Assembly (NCBI GenBank): GCA_035716005.1 | Contig: DASTKG010000025.1 | Coordinates: 479 to 64,478, forward strand | Length of the DNA stretch: 64,000 nucleotides | Origin: Candidatus Eiseniibacteriota bacterium | Lineage (GTDB): Bacteria; Eisenbacteria; RBG-16-71-46; SZUA-252 | Direction of reading: 5' to 3' | In this document: positions 1 through 7,984 of the stretch, one piece after another | Layout of the letters: the number at the start of each line of letters is the position of its first letter | Position numbering within the stretch: position 1 is the stretch's first letter | Notes under the pieces: model-generated | Databases searched by the model: none | What the model saw: only the letters and a program-made list of their open reading frames with translations | Told to the model about the DNA's origin: nothing | Made by a program: the position numbers and the translations under genes

Positions 1-2
1 TG

Positions 3-218
3 GGGCATCCCTCGCGCACCGAGGACCGGCTTCCGATCCTGGGCCCGTCGACGACGATGCCCGGTCTCGTCTACGCGACCGGGCATACGAAGACGGGGAT
101 CGTGCTGGCCCCCGAAACGGCGCGGATCCTCGCCTCGCTTCTCGTGAGCGGCGAGAGGGACCCGCGCCTAGACGACTACGGCGCCGGACGGGTTACGCCT
201 TCGCCGGCTCCTCCTTGA
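3..218 (+). CDS. FAD-dependent oxidoreductase (glycine oxidase ThiO / D-amino-acid oxidase family), C-terminal fragment; 5' end lies outside the window
   Basis: Open frame from the window edge to TGA at 216-218. Translation ...PILGPSTTMPGLVYATGHTKTGIVLAPETARILASLL resembles the conserved C-terminal GH(Y/T)RNGI(L)LAP motif of ThiO/DAO-type flavoenzymes. Confidence 0.45.
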   Translation, partial: GHPSRTEDRLPILGPSTTMPGLVYATGHTKTGIVLAPETARILASLLVSGERDPRLDDYGAGRVTPSPAPP

Positions 219-489
219 TGAACGTCTTCACGAGGAGGAAGACGACGAACGCGATGATGATGAAGTCGATCAAGGCGCCGGCGAAATCGCCGATCCCGAA
301 CTTGATCTTCCAGATGGTCAGCGTCGCCTCGCGCCACTCGCCTCCCGGCACCAGGACCCCGACGATCGGCATCACCAGATCGTTGACGACCGCCGTCACC
401 AGTTTCCCCACCGCGCCGCCGATGACGACGGCCACCGCAAGCCCCACGACCCCGTGCTTCATCACGAATGCTTTGAATTCATCCAGCAT
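193..489 (-). CDS. mscL: Large-conductance mechanosensitive channel MscL
   Basis: Internal ATG of the 193..555 ORF. MLDEFKAFVMKHGVVGLAVAVVIGGAVGKLVTAVVNDLVMPIVG... is the canonical MscL TM1/TM2 sequence. About 98 aa. Confidence 0.9.
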   Translation of the reverse strand: MLDEFKAFVMKHGVVGLAVAVVIGGAVGKLVTAVVNDLVMPIVGVLVPGGEWREATLTIWKIKFGIGDFAGALIDFIIIAFVVFLLVKTFIKEEPAKA

Positions 490-647
490 GATCGGTTCCT
501 CCCTGGCGAGAGCGTGCGCCCGCGTGGGTCCGCGGGCGGCCCGACACCGATGCACGGTCGGCGCCGGGATACTAGCGCGATGTGATAACCTCCCGCCATC
601 GGGAACCGGAGCGCGCCGAGAGACGGCGGACCCGCGACCCGCCCCGC

Positions 648-1997
648 ATGGGCTCCTTCTTCGACACGCTTTTTCCGCGACGGATTTTCCAGGAGGGCGA
701 CCGCCGGCTCCTGCACCTCTTCATCGGCCGGATGCTCGGCTCGACGGGGTTCGCGGTCACGATCCCCTTCCTCGGCATCTATCTCCACGGCGAGCGCGGC
801 GTCTCGATGAGCGCGGTCGGCGGCATGTTCTTCATCGGCGCTCTCGTGGGCGCCGTCGCCCAGATTCTGGCGGGCGAGTGGGCCGACCGATACGGCCGGA
901 AGATCGTCATGGTGGCCGCCCAGCTCGGGCGTGCCGTGATCTTCGTCGCGATGGGGATCGCCGCGATGACGAACGCCTCCTTCGCGACGTTCGTCGTCAT
1001 CACGTGCGGGAGCGCCTTCTTCGGCCGTCTCTACGAGCCTCCCTCCGGCGCCATGCTCGCCGATATCACCGAGGGGGACGAGCGGGCCGAGGCGTTCGGC
1101 ATCATGCGCGTCGCGGGAAATCTCGGCTTCGCGCTCGGCCCCGCCATCGGCGGCTTCCTCGCCGCCCTCTCCTACGCGGCGCTCTTCTTCGTCTCGGCGG
1201 GCGTCCTGCTCGCCTCGACGCTCTTCATCGCGATTCAGGTGAAGGAGTCGCTGCCGCAAGAGAGGCGGCGCGGCGCGGAGGCGGGAATCGGCGACGACCT
1301 CCACCCCGGAATCCCGCGGCCGGCGGCGGCCGCCGCCCGTCCGTCGCGCGGGATCGACCTCCGTTCGGTGGTCGCCACGCTCCACGACTCGCGGTTCTTG
1401 CGGCACTGCGTCTCGTGCCTTCTTCTCTTCACCGTGCTCGGCCAGCTCATGTCGACCCTCTCGGTCTACGTGGTGGAATGGTGCGGCCTTTCGAAGCCGG
1501 AGCTGGGCTGGCTCTACTCGATCAACGGGCTCATGGTCGTGCTGGTGCAGTTCCCGGTCGTGAAGCTCGTCGCGCCCTACCGCGTGACGACCGGGCTCAT
1601 CGTGGGCAGCGTGCTTTTCTCCATCGGCTATGGGATGATGGGATTCGTCCACGGCTTCTGGCCGCTCGCGCTCTGCATGGGAATCGTCACGCTGGGCGAG
1701 GTGACCTCGGTGCCGGGGACGATGATGCTCTCCGCGAATTTCGCGACCGAGGAAACGCGCGGGCGCTACATGGGCGTCTACGGCCTCTTCAACTCGTTCG
1801 GCTGGTCGCTGGCGCCGCTCGTCGGCGGCGCTCTGCTCGACGCGTCGAACCGCGTCGCCTGGATTCCCTGGAGCGCCATCGCGCTCCTCGGCCTCTTCGC
1901 GGCGATCGGATTCTGGGACCTGCGCGGGCGGCTCTCGCCCGCGATGGATCGTGACGGCGAGTCGGCCTCCGCGAAGCCCGCGGCGGTCGCGGTCTAA
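648..1997 (+). CDS. MFS transporter
   Basis: 12-TM hydrophobic profile. MFS signature GEWADRYGRK between TM2 and TM3. Start taken at MGSFFDTLF (ATG 648), which avoids the Arg-rich spurious N-terminal extension. Confidence 0.85.
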   Translation: MGSFFDTLFPRRIFQEGDRRLLHLFIGRMLGSTGFAVTIPFLGIYLHGERGVSMSAVGGMFFIGALVGAVAQILAGEWADRYGRKIVMVAAQLGRAVIFVAMGIAAMTNASFATFVVITCGSAFFGRLYEPPSGAMLADITEGDERAEAFGIMRVAGNLGFALGPAIGGFLAALSYAALFFVSAGVLLASTLFIAIQVKESLPQERRRGAEAGIGDDLHPGIPRPAAAAARPSRGIDLRSVVATLHDSRFLRHCVSCLLLFTVLGQLMSTLSVYVVEWCGLSKPELGWLYSINGLMVVLVQFPVVKLVAPYRVTTGLIVGSVLFSIGYGMMGFVHGFWPLALCMGIVTLGEVTSVPGTMMLSANFATEETRGRYMGVYGLFNSFGWSLAPLVGGALLDASNRVAWIPWSAIALLGLFAAIGFWDLRGRLSPAMDRDGESASAKPAAVAV

Positions 1998-2008
1998 GGA
2001 GGAATGAC

Positions 2009-2494
2009 ATGAGCGCGCCTTCGAACAGACACGAGTTCCCCTGCCGCCTGGTCTGGACCGGCGCGGCGAAGGGGGGCAGCACGAGCTACGAAACCTACTC
2101 GCGCGATTGCCGCGTCGATTTCCCGGGCAAGCCGTCGATCCGCGGCACCTCGGCGCCGGCTTTCCGCGGCGATCCGGCGATCACGAACCCCGAGGATCTC
2201 CTCGTCGCTTCGATCTCGATGTGCCACTTCCTCTCGTACGTCGCCATCTGCGCGCGGAAGGGCGTGAACGTCATCGCCTACGACGACGACGCCGTCGGCA
2301 CGATGGATCGCGTGGAGAAGACGTTCAAGTTCACCGACGTCCTCCTGAAGCCGCACGTCACGATCGCGCCGGGCTCGGACCCCGAGCTGGCGCGCACGAT
2401 CCACGAGCGGGCGCATCAGGACTGCTTCATCTCGAACTCGGTGAATTTCCCCGTAAGGCACGAACCCGTCATCACGGTCGCCGCTCCGGTCTAG
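2009..2494 (+). CDS. OsmC/Ohr family protein (peroxiredoxin-like)
   Basis: AAGGAGG ribosome-binding site 7 nt upstream of ATG 2009. About 160 aa with an OsmC-like pattern of two conserved Cys (..SISMCHFLSY.. and ..HQDCFISNS..). Confidence 0.8.
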   Translation: MSAPSNRHEFPCRLVWTGAAKGGSTSYETYSRDCRVDFPGKPSIRGTSAPAFRGDPAITNPEDLLVASISMCHFLSYVAICARKGVNVIAYDDDAVGTMDRVEKTFKFTDVLLKPHVTIAPGSDPELARTIHERAHQDCFISNSVNFPVRHEPVITVAAPV

Positions 2495-2504
2495 AGGGCT
2501 CGTC

Positions 2505-2990
2505 GTGACGGCGCGCACCATCCATCGCCCCTGGCAGGTCTATGCGCTCACGGCCCTCTGGGCGCTGAAGGCGTTTCAGGAGCTGCTCGGCGGCGCGGTC
2601 GGCGGCGCCTTCTACATCGCGAGGCAGGTCGGCGAGGGGACGCTCTTCGGCTACGGGCTCCAGATGGCGATGCAGAGCGTCCTCTTCTCCACGCTCCTCG
2701 CCGCCGGCGGCTTCTACGTGATGACCGCGCTCTGGCTCGGCCAGCGTCCCGCGCGCCGCTGGGGCACCGCGGTGGCCGCGCTGAGCGAAGCGGTGGCGCT
2801 CGGGTACCTCTTCAGCCGTCCGCCGCAGGTCGGCAGCGATCGCGACCTGGTTCGGTTCGTCCTCGTCTCCTCCCTCGTCAATCTCGGCATCGTCACCATC
2901 TTCCTCTTCGACCGGAGGCTGGCGGAATTCCTCGGAAGCAAGCGGCTCGTGGGATGGTGGGCGCCGAAGCGGCGCGGAGGCGAGGAGTAG
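2505..2990 (+). CDS. hypothetical integral membrane protein (4 predicted TM helices)
   Basis: GTG start 11 nt after the OsmC stop. Hydrophobic segments throughout. No recognisable catalytic motif. Confidence 0.5.
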   Translation: MTARTIHRPWQVYALTALWALKAFQELLGGAVGGAFYIARQVGEGTLFGYGLQMAMQSVLFSTLLAAGGFYVMTALWLGQRPARRWGTAVAALSEAVALGYLFSRPPQVGSDRDLVRFVLVSSLVNLGIVTIFLFDRRLAEFLGSKRLVGWWAPKRRGGEE

Positions 2991-3014
2991 AGGAGTAGAG
3001 GGGTAGAGGAGTAA
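2983..3014. repeat. Four tandem copies of an octamer GAGGAGTA (one copy GAGGGGTA), each containing a GGAGG Shine-Dalgarno-like core
   Basis: Direct reading gives gaggagta gaggagta gaggggta gaggagta. It spans the TAG stop (2988-2990) of the preceding CDS. Confidence 0.6.
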
Positions 3015-3018
3015 AGGG

Positions 3019-3041
3019 CGGCCGCGTTCGTTCGGCGGCCG
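3019..3041. terminator. GC-rich hairpin between convergent genes; possible bidirectional terminator
   Basis: CGGCCGC-gttcgttcg-GCGGCCG forms a 7-bp perfect stem. It lies between the 2505..2990(+) CDS and SCO(-). There is no obvious U-tract. Confidence 0.3.
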
Positions 3042-3042
3042 A

Positions 3043-3666
3043 TCAGTTCGGCCCTCCCCGCGCACCGACCGCGCGAATTCCCCGCGCGATCTCCTCCGTC
3101 GTCGCCGAGCGCCCGTAGCCCCACGGAATCTGGCCCTTCGGATCCACCACGAACACCTGGGTGGTGTGGGCCGTATCCTTCGAGACGCCCCAGGCGAGCG
3201 CGGTCTCCGCCACCTCCGCGGGCGTGCCGGAGAGCCCCACGAAGGAGGGGTGGAACTGGCGCGCGTAGGCCGAGGCGACCTCGGGCGTGTCGATCTCGGG
3301 GTCGATGCTCACGAAGACGAACCGGACGCGCGACGTGTCGGCGCCGAGGGACGCGCGGACTTCCTTCCAGCGGGTGAGCGTGGCGGGGCAGATGTCGGGG
3401 CACTGCGTGAAGCCGAAGAAGACGAGGACGACGTGCCCGCGCTCGTTCGCGAGGTCGAAGCGGCCGCCGCAGCCCCCCTCGCGGAGCCAGAGCGCCGGCG
3501 CGGGACGGGGCGGATCGTAGATCGCGCCCGGAAGCGAATCGAGCGAGGCGTCGCCGCCCCGCTCGCCACAGCCGGCCACGAGAATCGCGGCGGCCGAGAC
3601 GAGCGCCGCCACGAGCGCCGTCGACCGCGCGGCGCGCCGTCCCCTACCCGAGCGTATAGCCCCCAT
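3043..3666 (-). CDS. SCO1/SenC family copper chaperone (thioredoxin-fold lipoprotein)
   Basis: Signal peptide with lipobox LVAGC. The CxxxC copper-binding motif FTQCPDICP and a downstream conserved His are typical of Sco proteins. Confidence 0.85.
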   Translation of the reverse strand: MGAIRSGRGRRAARSTALVAALVSAAAILVAGCGERGGDASLDSLPGAIYDPPRPAPALWLREGGCGGRFDLANERGHVVLVFFGFTQCPDICPATLTRWKEVRASLGADTSRVRFVFVSIDPEIDTPEVASAYARQFHPSFVGLSGTPAEVAETALAWGVSKDTAHTTQVFVVDPKGQIPWGYGRSATTEEIARGIRAVGARGGPN

Positions 3667-4396
3667 CCACGATGATCGTCTGGCCCGTCACCCAGGAGGC
3701 CTGGGGCGTGCAGAGGAACGCCGCCATGTTGGCCACCTCCTCGGTGGTCCCGACGCGGCCGAAGGGGGTGCGGCGGATCGACTCGGAGATGAGCTGATCG
3801 TAGGAGGGGAAGATCTTCAGCGAATCGGTGTCGATGAAGCCGCCCGAGACGGCGTTCACGTTGATCTTCTTCGGCGCCAGCTCGTAGGCGAGATAGCGGA
3901 CCAGGGTCTCGATGGCGGCCTTGGAGACGCCGATCGACGCGTAGCCCGGGATGTAGCGGTGCGAGCCGAGCGACGTGAGCGCCACGATCCGCCCGCCCTC
4001 GGGCATCATCTTCACCGCCTGCTGCGCGCCGAAGAGAAGTGCCTTCGCGTTCGTGTTCATGGCGATGTCCCACATCTTGTCGTCGACGTCGAGGATGTTC
4101 CCGAAGTGGCCGATGGCGGCGTTCGAGACGAAGATGTCGAGCTTGGAGAAGTGCGTCCGGAGCTCCTCGAACATCTTGGGAATCTGCTCTTCGTTCCCCA
4201 CGTTCGCCCGCACGGCGAACCCCTTCACGCCCTTCGCCTCGATCTCCGCGACGGCCTGCTTCGCGGAATCGCGGCTGCGGAAGAAGTTGATGGCGACGTC
4301 GGCGCCCATCTCCGCGAGATCGAGGGCGATGGCCTTCCCGATGCCGCGCGTGCCGCCCGTGACGAGCGCCGTCTTACCTTTTAGGTCGAAGAGCAT
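3644..4396 (-). CDS. Short-chain dehydrogenase/reductase (FabG/FabL-like, NAD(P)-dependent)
   Basis: [12 protein letters not shown] Rossmann motif, NAAIG, and catalytic S...YxxxK ([10 protein letters not shown]). GGAGGG ribosome-binding site upstream of ATG 4396. Confidence 0.85.
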   Translation of the reverse strand: MLFDLKGKTALVTGGTRGIGKAIALDLAEMGADVAINFFRSRDSAKQAVAEIEAKGVKGFAVRANVGNEEQIPKMFEELRTHFSKLDIFVSNAAIGHFGNILDVDDKMWDIAMNTNAKALLFGAQQAVKMMPEGGRIVALTSLGSHRYIPGYASIGVSKAAIETLVRYLAYELAPKKINVNAVSGGFIDTDSLKIFPSYDQLISESIRRTPFGRVGTTEEVANMAAFLCTPQASWVTGQTIIVDGGYTLG

Positions 4397-4519
4397 GGTC
4401 CCTCCCTGACAATGCCAAGAGAGGGGAATGGTGCGGGGGCGGCGCGCACATGTCAAGGCCGGGCGGGGGCTTGCGCCCGGCGCCGCGCCGCGCGAGGCGC
4501 GGGCTCGAGAGGGCGTGCG

Positions 4520-5077
4520 CTACGCCGCCGAGCGAACCTCCCGCGCGACGAGGGTGATGCCCCCCTTCCCGCGCCAGCCGTCCACGACGGCCACGAGCCG
4601 GACGGAGCGGCCGTCGGCGGGGCGTTCCATCGTCGGCGCGACGCTCACCGGGAAACTCTGCCCCGTTTCCGCCATGGTGAAGCGAAGCGATCCGTCGGCG
4701 CCCTTCGCGATGGATCCGTTCGCCTCGAAGAGGACGTCGACGAGGTTCAGGTCGTGGAGGCGATTCTCGGCGAGCGACTTGATGACCTCGCGAAGCGGCA
4801 CGACGCGCGGCTTCGCGTAGAGGACTTCCACCTGCGATCCGTTCACGTGCGTCTCGCCTCCCTTGGCGCTCCCCTTCGTCATCTGACGAATGGTCGTGCG
4901 GCAGTGGTCGCACGACGTGCATCCGCGAAGGGCGAGGTAGACCTTGGCGAAGGGCGGCGGCGCGGGCGCGGGCGTGGCGGCCTTGGCCGTCGACTTCGGC
5001 GCGGGCGCCGCGCCGATCGCGAGGGCCAGGATCAGGAGCGTGGCGACTGCGTTCGTGCGACCGATCGAGCGGGTCAT
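4520..5077 (-). CDS. secreted hypothetical protein with an HMA-like (heavy-metal-associated) beta-alpha-beta-beta-alpha-beta segment carrying G-C-T-S-C
   Basis: Signal peptide MTRSIGRTNAVATLLILALAIGAAPA. KVYLALRGCTSCDHCRTTIRQM...VNGSQVEVLY..PLREVIKSLAENRL matches the GMxCxxC HMA pattern. GGAGGA ribosome-binding site. Sits in the same strand block as the OMP, SDR and SCO1. Confidence 0.55.
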   Translation of the reverse strand: MTRSIGRTNAVATLLILALAIGAAPAPKSTAKAATPAPAPPPFAKVYLALRGCTSCDHCRTTIRQMTKGSAKGGETHVNGSQVEVLYAKPRVVPLREVIKSLAENRLHDLNLVDVLFEANGSIAKGADGSLRFTMAETGQSFPVSVAPTMERPADGRSVRLVAVVDGWRGKGGITLVAREVRSAA

Positions 5078-5097
5078 GATGACGGTTCCTCCGTGAT

Positions 5098-6243
5098 CTA
5101 GAACTGGAACGCGGCGCCCACGTTCAGCCGGGTCAGATCCTGGTCGGCGCCGTCCTTCCAGAATTCCACGTCCGTTTTCAGGGCCACTTCGCGCACCGGA
5201 CGATACGAGACGCCCGTGGTGAAGACTTTGCGCTCGGCCGCGGGATCGCGAGCGATGCCGGGTTCGGTGTCGCCGTTCGTGTCGAACCGCTCGTATCGCG
5301 TGAAGAGCCAGAGGGCGCGGCCGGGCGCCTTGCTTCGCCCGTTGATCAGGTCGAAGGCGGCCTCCCAGGTCACGCCCCAGATGTTGCTCCCCACCGGTTC
5401 CCCGACGGCGATCGAGACGCTGTCGGAATTCCCGATCGAGACGCCCGCCCATTCGCCGCGCAGGTCGAACGCCCCGCGGCGGAAGCGAAGGTCTCCTTCG
5501 AAGATCGTGACGTCGACGCTCCCGAGGCCGGGGGTTCCCTGGTCGGCGCCGCCGACGTAGCCCGACGTGCCGAGCGTGAAGCCTCCCTTGATCGCGTACT
5601 CGAGCCGCCCGACCAGTCCGAGATCCTCCGCCTTCGCCTCCACGCCGTGCTGGCGCCCGCCGCGAATTCCGTCCGAGGTGGAGAAGCCGGTGGCGTCGAG
5701 CCCGGAGACGACGTACGCGCGGTAGGCGAGCGCGCCGTTCGTCGTCCGCCCGACGAGGCCGAGGCCGATGTCCTGCCACGTCGTCGGAAGCACGTAGGTC
5801 TCGATGTAGGGGCGCTCGACGCTGTGATAGGTCGGGGGCTCGTGGAACTCGTTCAGGGGGCCGACGGGCAGGAGGAGACTTCCGACTCGGAAGCTCAGCG
5901 TCGGCGTCAGATCGTATTCGAGGAGGGCGTACTCGAGCTCGATCTCGGTGGCCGAGTGTTCGAAGTCGACCTCCGCGCTCATGCGGATGGAAGAGGTGAA
6001 TTCGTATTCCCAGCCGAGCACCAACCGATGAACGTCGACCCGCGCGAGCGCGTCCTTGTCCATCGTGCCGGTCTCGGGATTGTTGTAGTGGATCTCGCCG
6101 TAGCCGTGGATTTCGAGGCGCTTGTCCTCGGGAGGAGCGTCGCCCTCGGCGCGGGCGGGCGCCGCGAGGCTGAGGGCGAGAAGGATGGCGGTCGCCGCGA
6201 CGGCGCCGGCGTTGTCCCGGATTGTGGCGGAAGCGGGTCTCAC
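5098..6243 (-). CDS. outer-membrane beta-barrel protein (porin-like)
   Basis: GTG start with GGGAGGAAT ribosome-binding site. Signal peptide ...LSLAAPARAEG. Alternating amphipathic beta-strands and a C-terminal aromatic residue (..AAFQF), the signature of a BAM-dependent OMP. Confidence 0.65.
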   Translation of the reverse strand: MRPASATIRDNAGAVAATAILLALSLAAPARAEGDAPPEDKRLEIHGYGEIHYNNPETGTMDKDALARVDVHRLVLGWEYEFTSSIRMSAEVDFEHSATEIELEYALLEYDLTPTLSFRVGSLLLPVGPLNEFHEPPTYHSVERPYIETYVLPTTWQDIGLGLVGRTTNGALAYRAYVVSGLDATGFSTSDGIRGGRQHGVEAKAEDLGLVGRLEYAIKGGFTLGTSGYVGGADQGTPGLGSVDVTIFEGDLRFRRGAFDLRGEWAGVSIGNSDSVSIAVGEPVGSNIWGVTWEAAFDLINGRSKAPGRALWLFTRYERFDTNGDTEPGIARDPAAERKVFTTGVSYRPVREVALKTDVEFWKDGADQDLTRLNVGAAFQF

Positions 6244-6497
6244 TCGATTCCTCCCTCTGATCTGGCGCGACGATTCCGAAGGCCGGTGTGAAGACTACGG
6301 CCCAATGTGCGGCTGTACAAGCAAAAGTTAACCTACCTTCACTACTCCTTTGGTATACCTCGCGACTCCACTCAAGTCCATAATTAGAAGCCACTTGGCC
6401 GTAGTCACGCAGCCGGGCCCTCCTCCCAGGCGTGCGGCGAGCGAGGCGGCCAATCCCTCCCCTTGCGCGGACTTCCCCCCCGTGATACTGCTCCGGC
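6244..6497. promoter_or_regulatory. Divergent intergenic region with a locally AT-rich patch (about 6290-6400) and several short palindromes (TGTACA, GTTAAC, GGTATACC, CATAATTAG)
   Basis: GC drops well below the ~70% background. It lies between the start codons of divergently transcribed genes. No ORF with coding character. Confidence 0.3.
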
Positions 6498-7448
6498 GTG
6501 AGCTTCGGACGGCTCCTGATCGGCGCGATTCTGGTAGGGATTGGGGGGATTCTGCTCGCCTCCCAGCTCGGCTATCTGCCGGCCGGCGTCATGCCGTGGT
6601 TCCTCCAGTTCTGGCCCGCGCTTCTCGTCCTCTTCGGCCTCGCCCTCCTCGCCAACGCCATGAAGAACCTCTTCCTCGGATGGCTGACCGCCATCCTCGC
6701 TCTGGCGGCGATCGCGTTCGGGGGGTGGTGGCTGGCGCACAACAAGGCCGCGGCGGGGACGGCTCATCTCTCCCGGCATCCGATGGGTCGCCCGGCCGTG
6801 GAGACTCTGACCATTCGAGCGAGAACGTTCGGCGGCCGGCTCTCCATCGGCGCCGCGCCGGGCGGACGCGGCGCGGCGGGAGACTCGGCGGCGCGAGCGA
6901 ACGCGAGAACCTTCGAGGTCTCGATCCGCGGCGTGGGCGAGAAGGACGCGAAGCATGCCTGGAACGTCGCGGGGCGCACGGCCGAGTTCGTCTGGCCGCT
7001 CCACGTCCTCGTTCCCAACACGGCGCCCTTCGGCGCGGAGCTGACGCTCCAGGCGCCGGAGCGGACGCCCGTGCGCCTCCGCACCGAAACGGTGCTTTCG
7101 GGCGCCGACATCGACCTGACCAAGCTCCGACCCGAGTCGTGCGAACTCAACGTGATGTCGGGCGCCGTCCGGCTCCATGTCGGGTCCGCCTCGCCGCAGA
7201 AGATCCGCATTCGCGGGATGCTCGGGGCGGTCGAGGTCGATCTCCCCGCGTCGGGCCCCGTGCGAGTCGAGTTCCTCTCACCCTTCACGGCGCGCTCGCT
7301 CCCCGACGATTTCCTGGAGCACGTGGGCGGACGCGGCAAGGCGAAGATCTGGGTTTCGGAAGGCAAAGGGGTGCCGCTCGTCATCGAAGTGGACGGCGCC
7401 CTTCTCTACGTGAAGATCAAGCGCGCGCCCGTGAGCGCGGGAGGCTAG
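6498..7448 (+). CDS. LiaF-like membrane protein: N-terminal LiaI/LiaF-type TM region plus C-terminal DUF4097 (toastrack) domain
   Basis: N-terminal ..LLIGAILVGIGGILLASQLGYLP..WFLQFWPALLVLFGLALL resembles the cell-wall-stress LiaF/PspC TM region. The C-terminal repeated beta-strand segment (..VRLHVGSASPQKIRIRGMLGAVEVDL..) resembles DUF4097. Confidence 0.65.
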   Translation: MSFGRLLIGAILVGIGGILLASQLGYLPAGVMPWFLQFWPALLVLFGLALLANAMKNLFLGWLTAILALAAIAFGGWWLAHNKAAAGTAHLSRHPMGRPAVETLTIRARTFGGRLSIGAAPGGRGAAGDSAARANARTFEVSIRGVGEKDAKHAWNVAGRTAEFVWPLHVLVPNTAPFGAELTLQAPERTPVRLRTETVLSGADIDLTKLRPESCELNVMSGAVRLHVGSASPQKIRIRGMLGAVEVDLPASGPVRVEFLSPFTARSLPDDFLEHVGGRGKAKIWVSEGKGVPLVIEVDGALLYVKIKRAPVSAGG

Positions 7449-7450
7449 GG

Positions 7451-7621
7451 ATGGCTGGAGGCGGTCAGAGCAGCATCGCGTTTCCCCTTACCATCGTCGC
7501 GGTCGGGGCACTCCTTCTCCTCAAGGAGTTCGGCTACCTCCACGGGAACATCCTCCGCTACTGGCCGGTCCTCCTGATCGTCTGGGGTCTGGGGATGATC
7601 TGGGCCGCCCGGAAGGGGTAG
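7451..7621 (+). CDS. small (56 aa) two-TM membrane protein, LiaI/DUF5668-like
   Basis: ATG 2 nt after the previous stop. IAFPLTIVAVGALLLLKEFGYLHGNILRYWPVLLIVWGLGMIW is similar to the N-terminal region of the preceding protein. Confidence 0.45.
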   Translation: MAGGGQSSIAFPLTIVAVGALLLLKEFGYLHGNILRYWPVLLIVWGLGMIWAARKG

Positions 7622-7655
7622 CGGAACCGGAGGGGCGGCTGTAGAGTTCTAGCCG

Positions 7656-7931
7656 ATGATGCTCCGCGTACGAGGCCGCCTTCCGTTCTTCGCCGGGCTC
7701 GCGCTCCTGCTCATGGGAGCGTGGCTCGCCATCGGGCTGCTCCATGGGCACCCTCACGATCCTTCCTGCCAGATCTGCAGCGCGCTTCAATACACCGCGG
7801 CGGAGCTGGTGGCTCCACCCGCCCTGGCCGAACCGGTCGCCGTCGAGATCGAACTCGCGCCGGCCCCGCCCGCCCACGTCGCCCCGACCAGCCACGCGAC
7901 CCCGCGGGGCCGCGCTCCTCCCGCCGCCTAG
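7656..7931 (+). CDS. possible small membrane protein with a His/Cys cluster (HGHPHDPSCQIC)
   Basis: ATG start, one predicted TM helix (FFAGLALLLMGAWLAIGLL) followed by HGHPHDPSCQICS. The coding call is weak because Ala/Pro-rich frames arise spuriously in high-GC DNA. Confidence 0.3.
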   Translation: MMLRVRGRLPFFAGLALLLMGAWLAIGLLHGHPHDPSCQICSALQYTAAELVAPPALAEPVAVEIELAPAPPAHVAPTSHATPRGRAPPAA

Positions 7932-7984
7932 CCTCCCCCGCTTCCCAGTTTCCGAAGTTTCACAACCGAACCACGGAGGCTCTC

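Noticed and set aside
215-1954. 579-aa ORF on the + strand overlapping mscL and the MFS gene
   Set aside because: Arg/Pro/Gly-rich low-complexity translation in an alternative frame of real genes. This is the typical high-GC spurious ORF. The same holds for 462..1652(-), 2714..3403(-), 3309..4073(-), 9084..9908(-), 10067..11173(-), 14524..16059(-), 14544..16112(+), 16029..17090(-), 16673..19243(-), 17548..19221(+), 18768..19817(-), 21122..22534(-), 22609..24474(-), 23993..26941(-), 24802..26427(+), 26496..28577(-), 28818..30860(-), 30727..33966(-), 31263..34373(+), 34456..36648(+), 36494..38428(+), 38425..40230(+), 40975..43941(+), 46481..50662(+), 50974..53697(+), 56140..58200(+) and 56699..58423(-).
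5078-6394. N-terminal 439 aa of the 624-aa ORF 4520..6394(-)
   Set aside because: Only the C-terminal 185 aa are a plausible protein (signal peptide plus HMA-like domain, after a GGAGGA ribosome-binding site). The upstream part is an Arg-rich read-through frame lying antisense or out of frame to the OMP gene.
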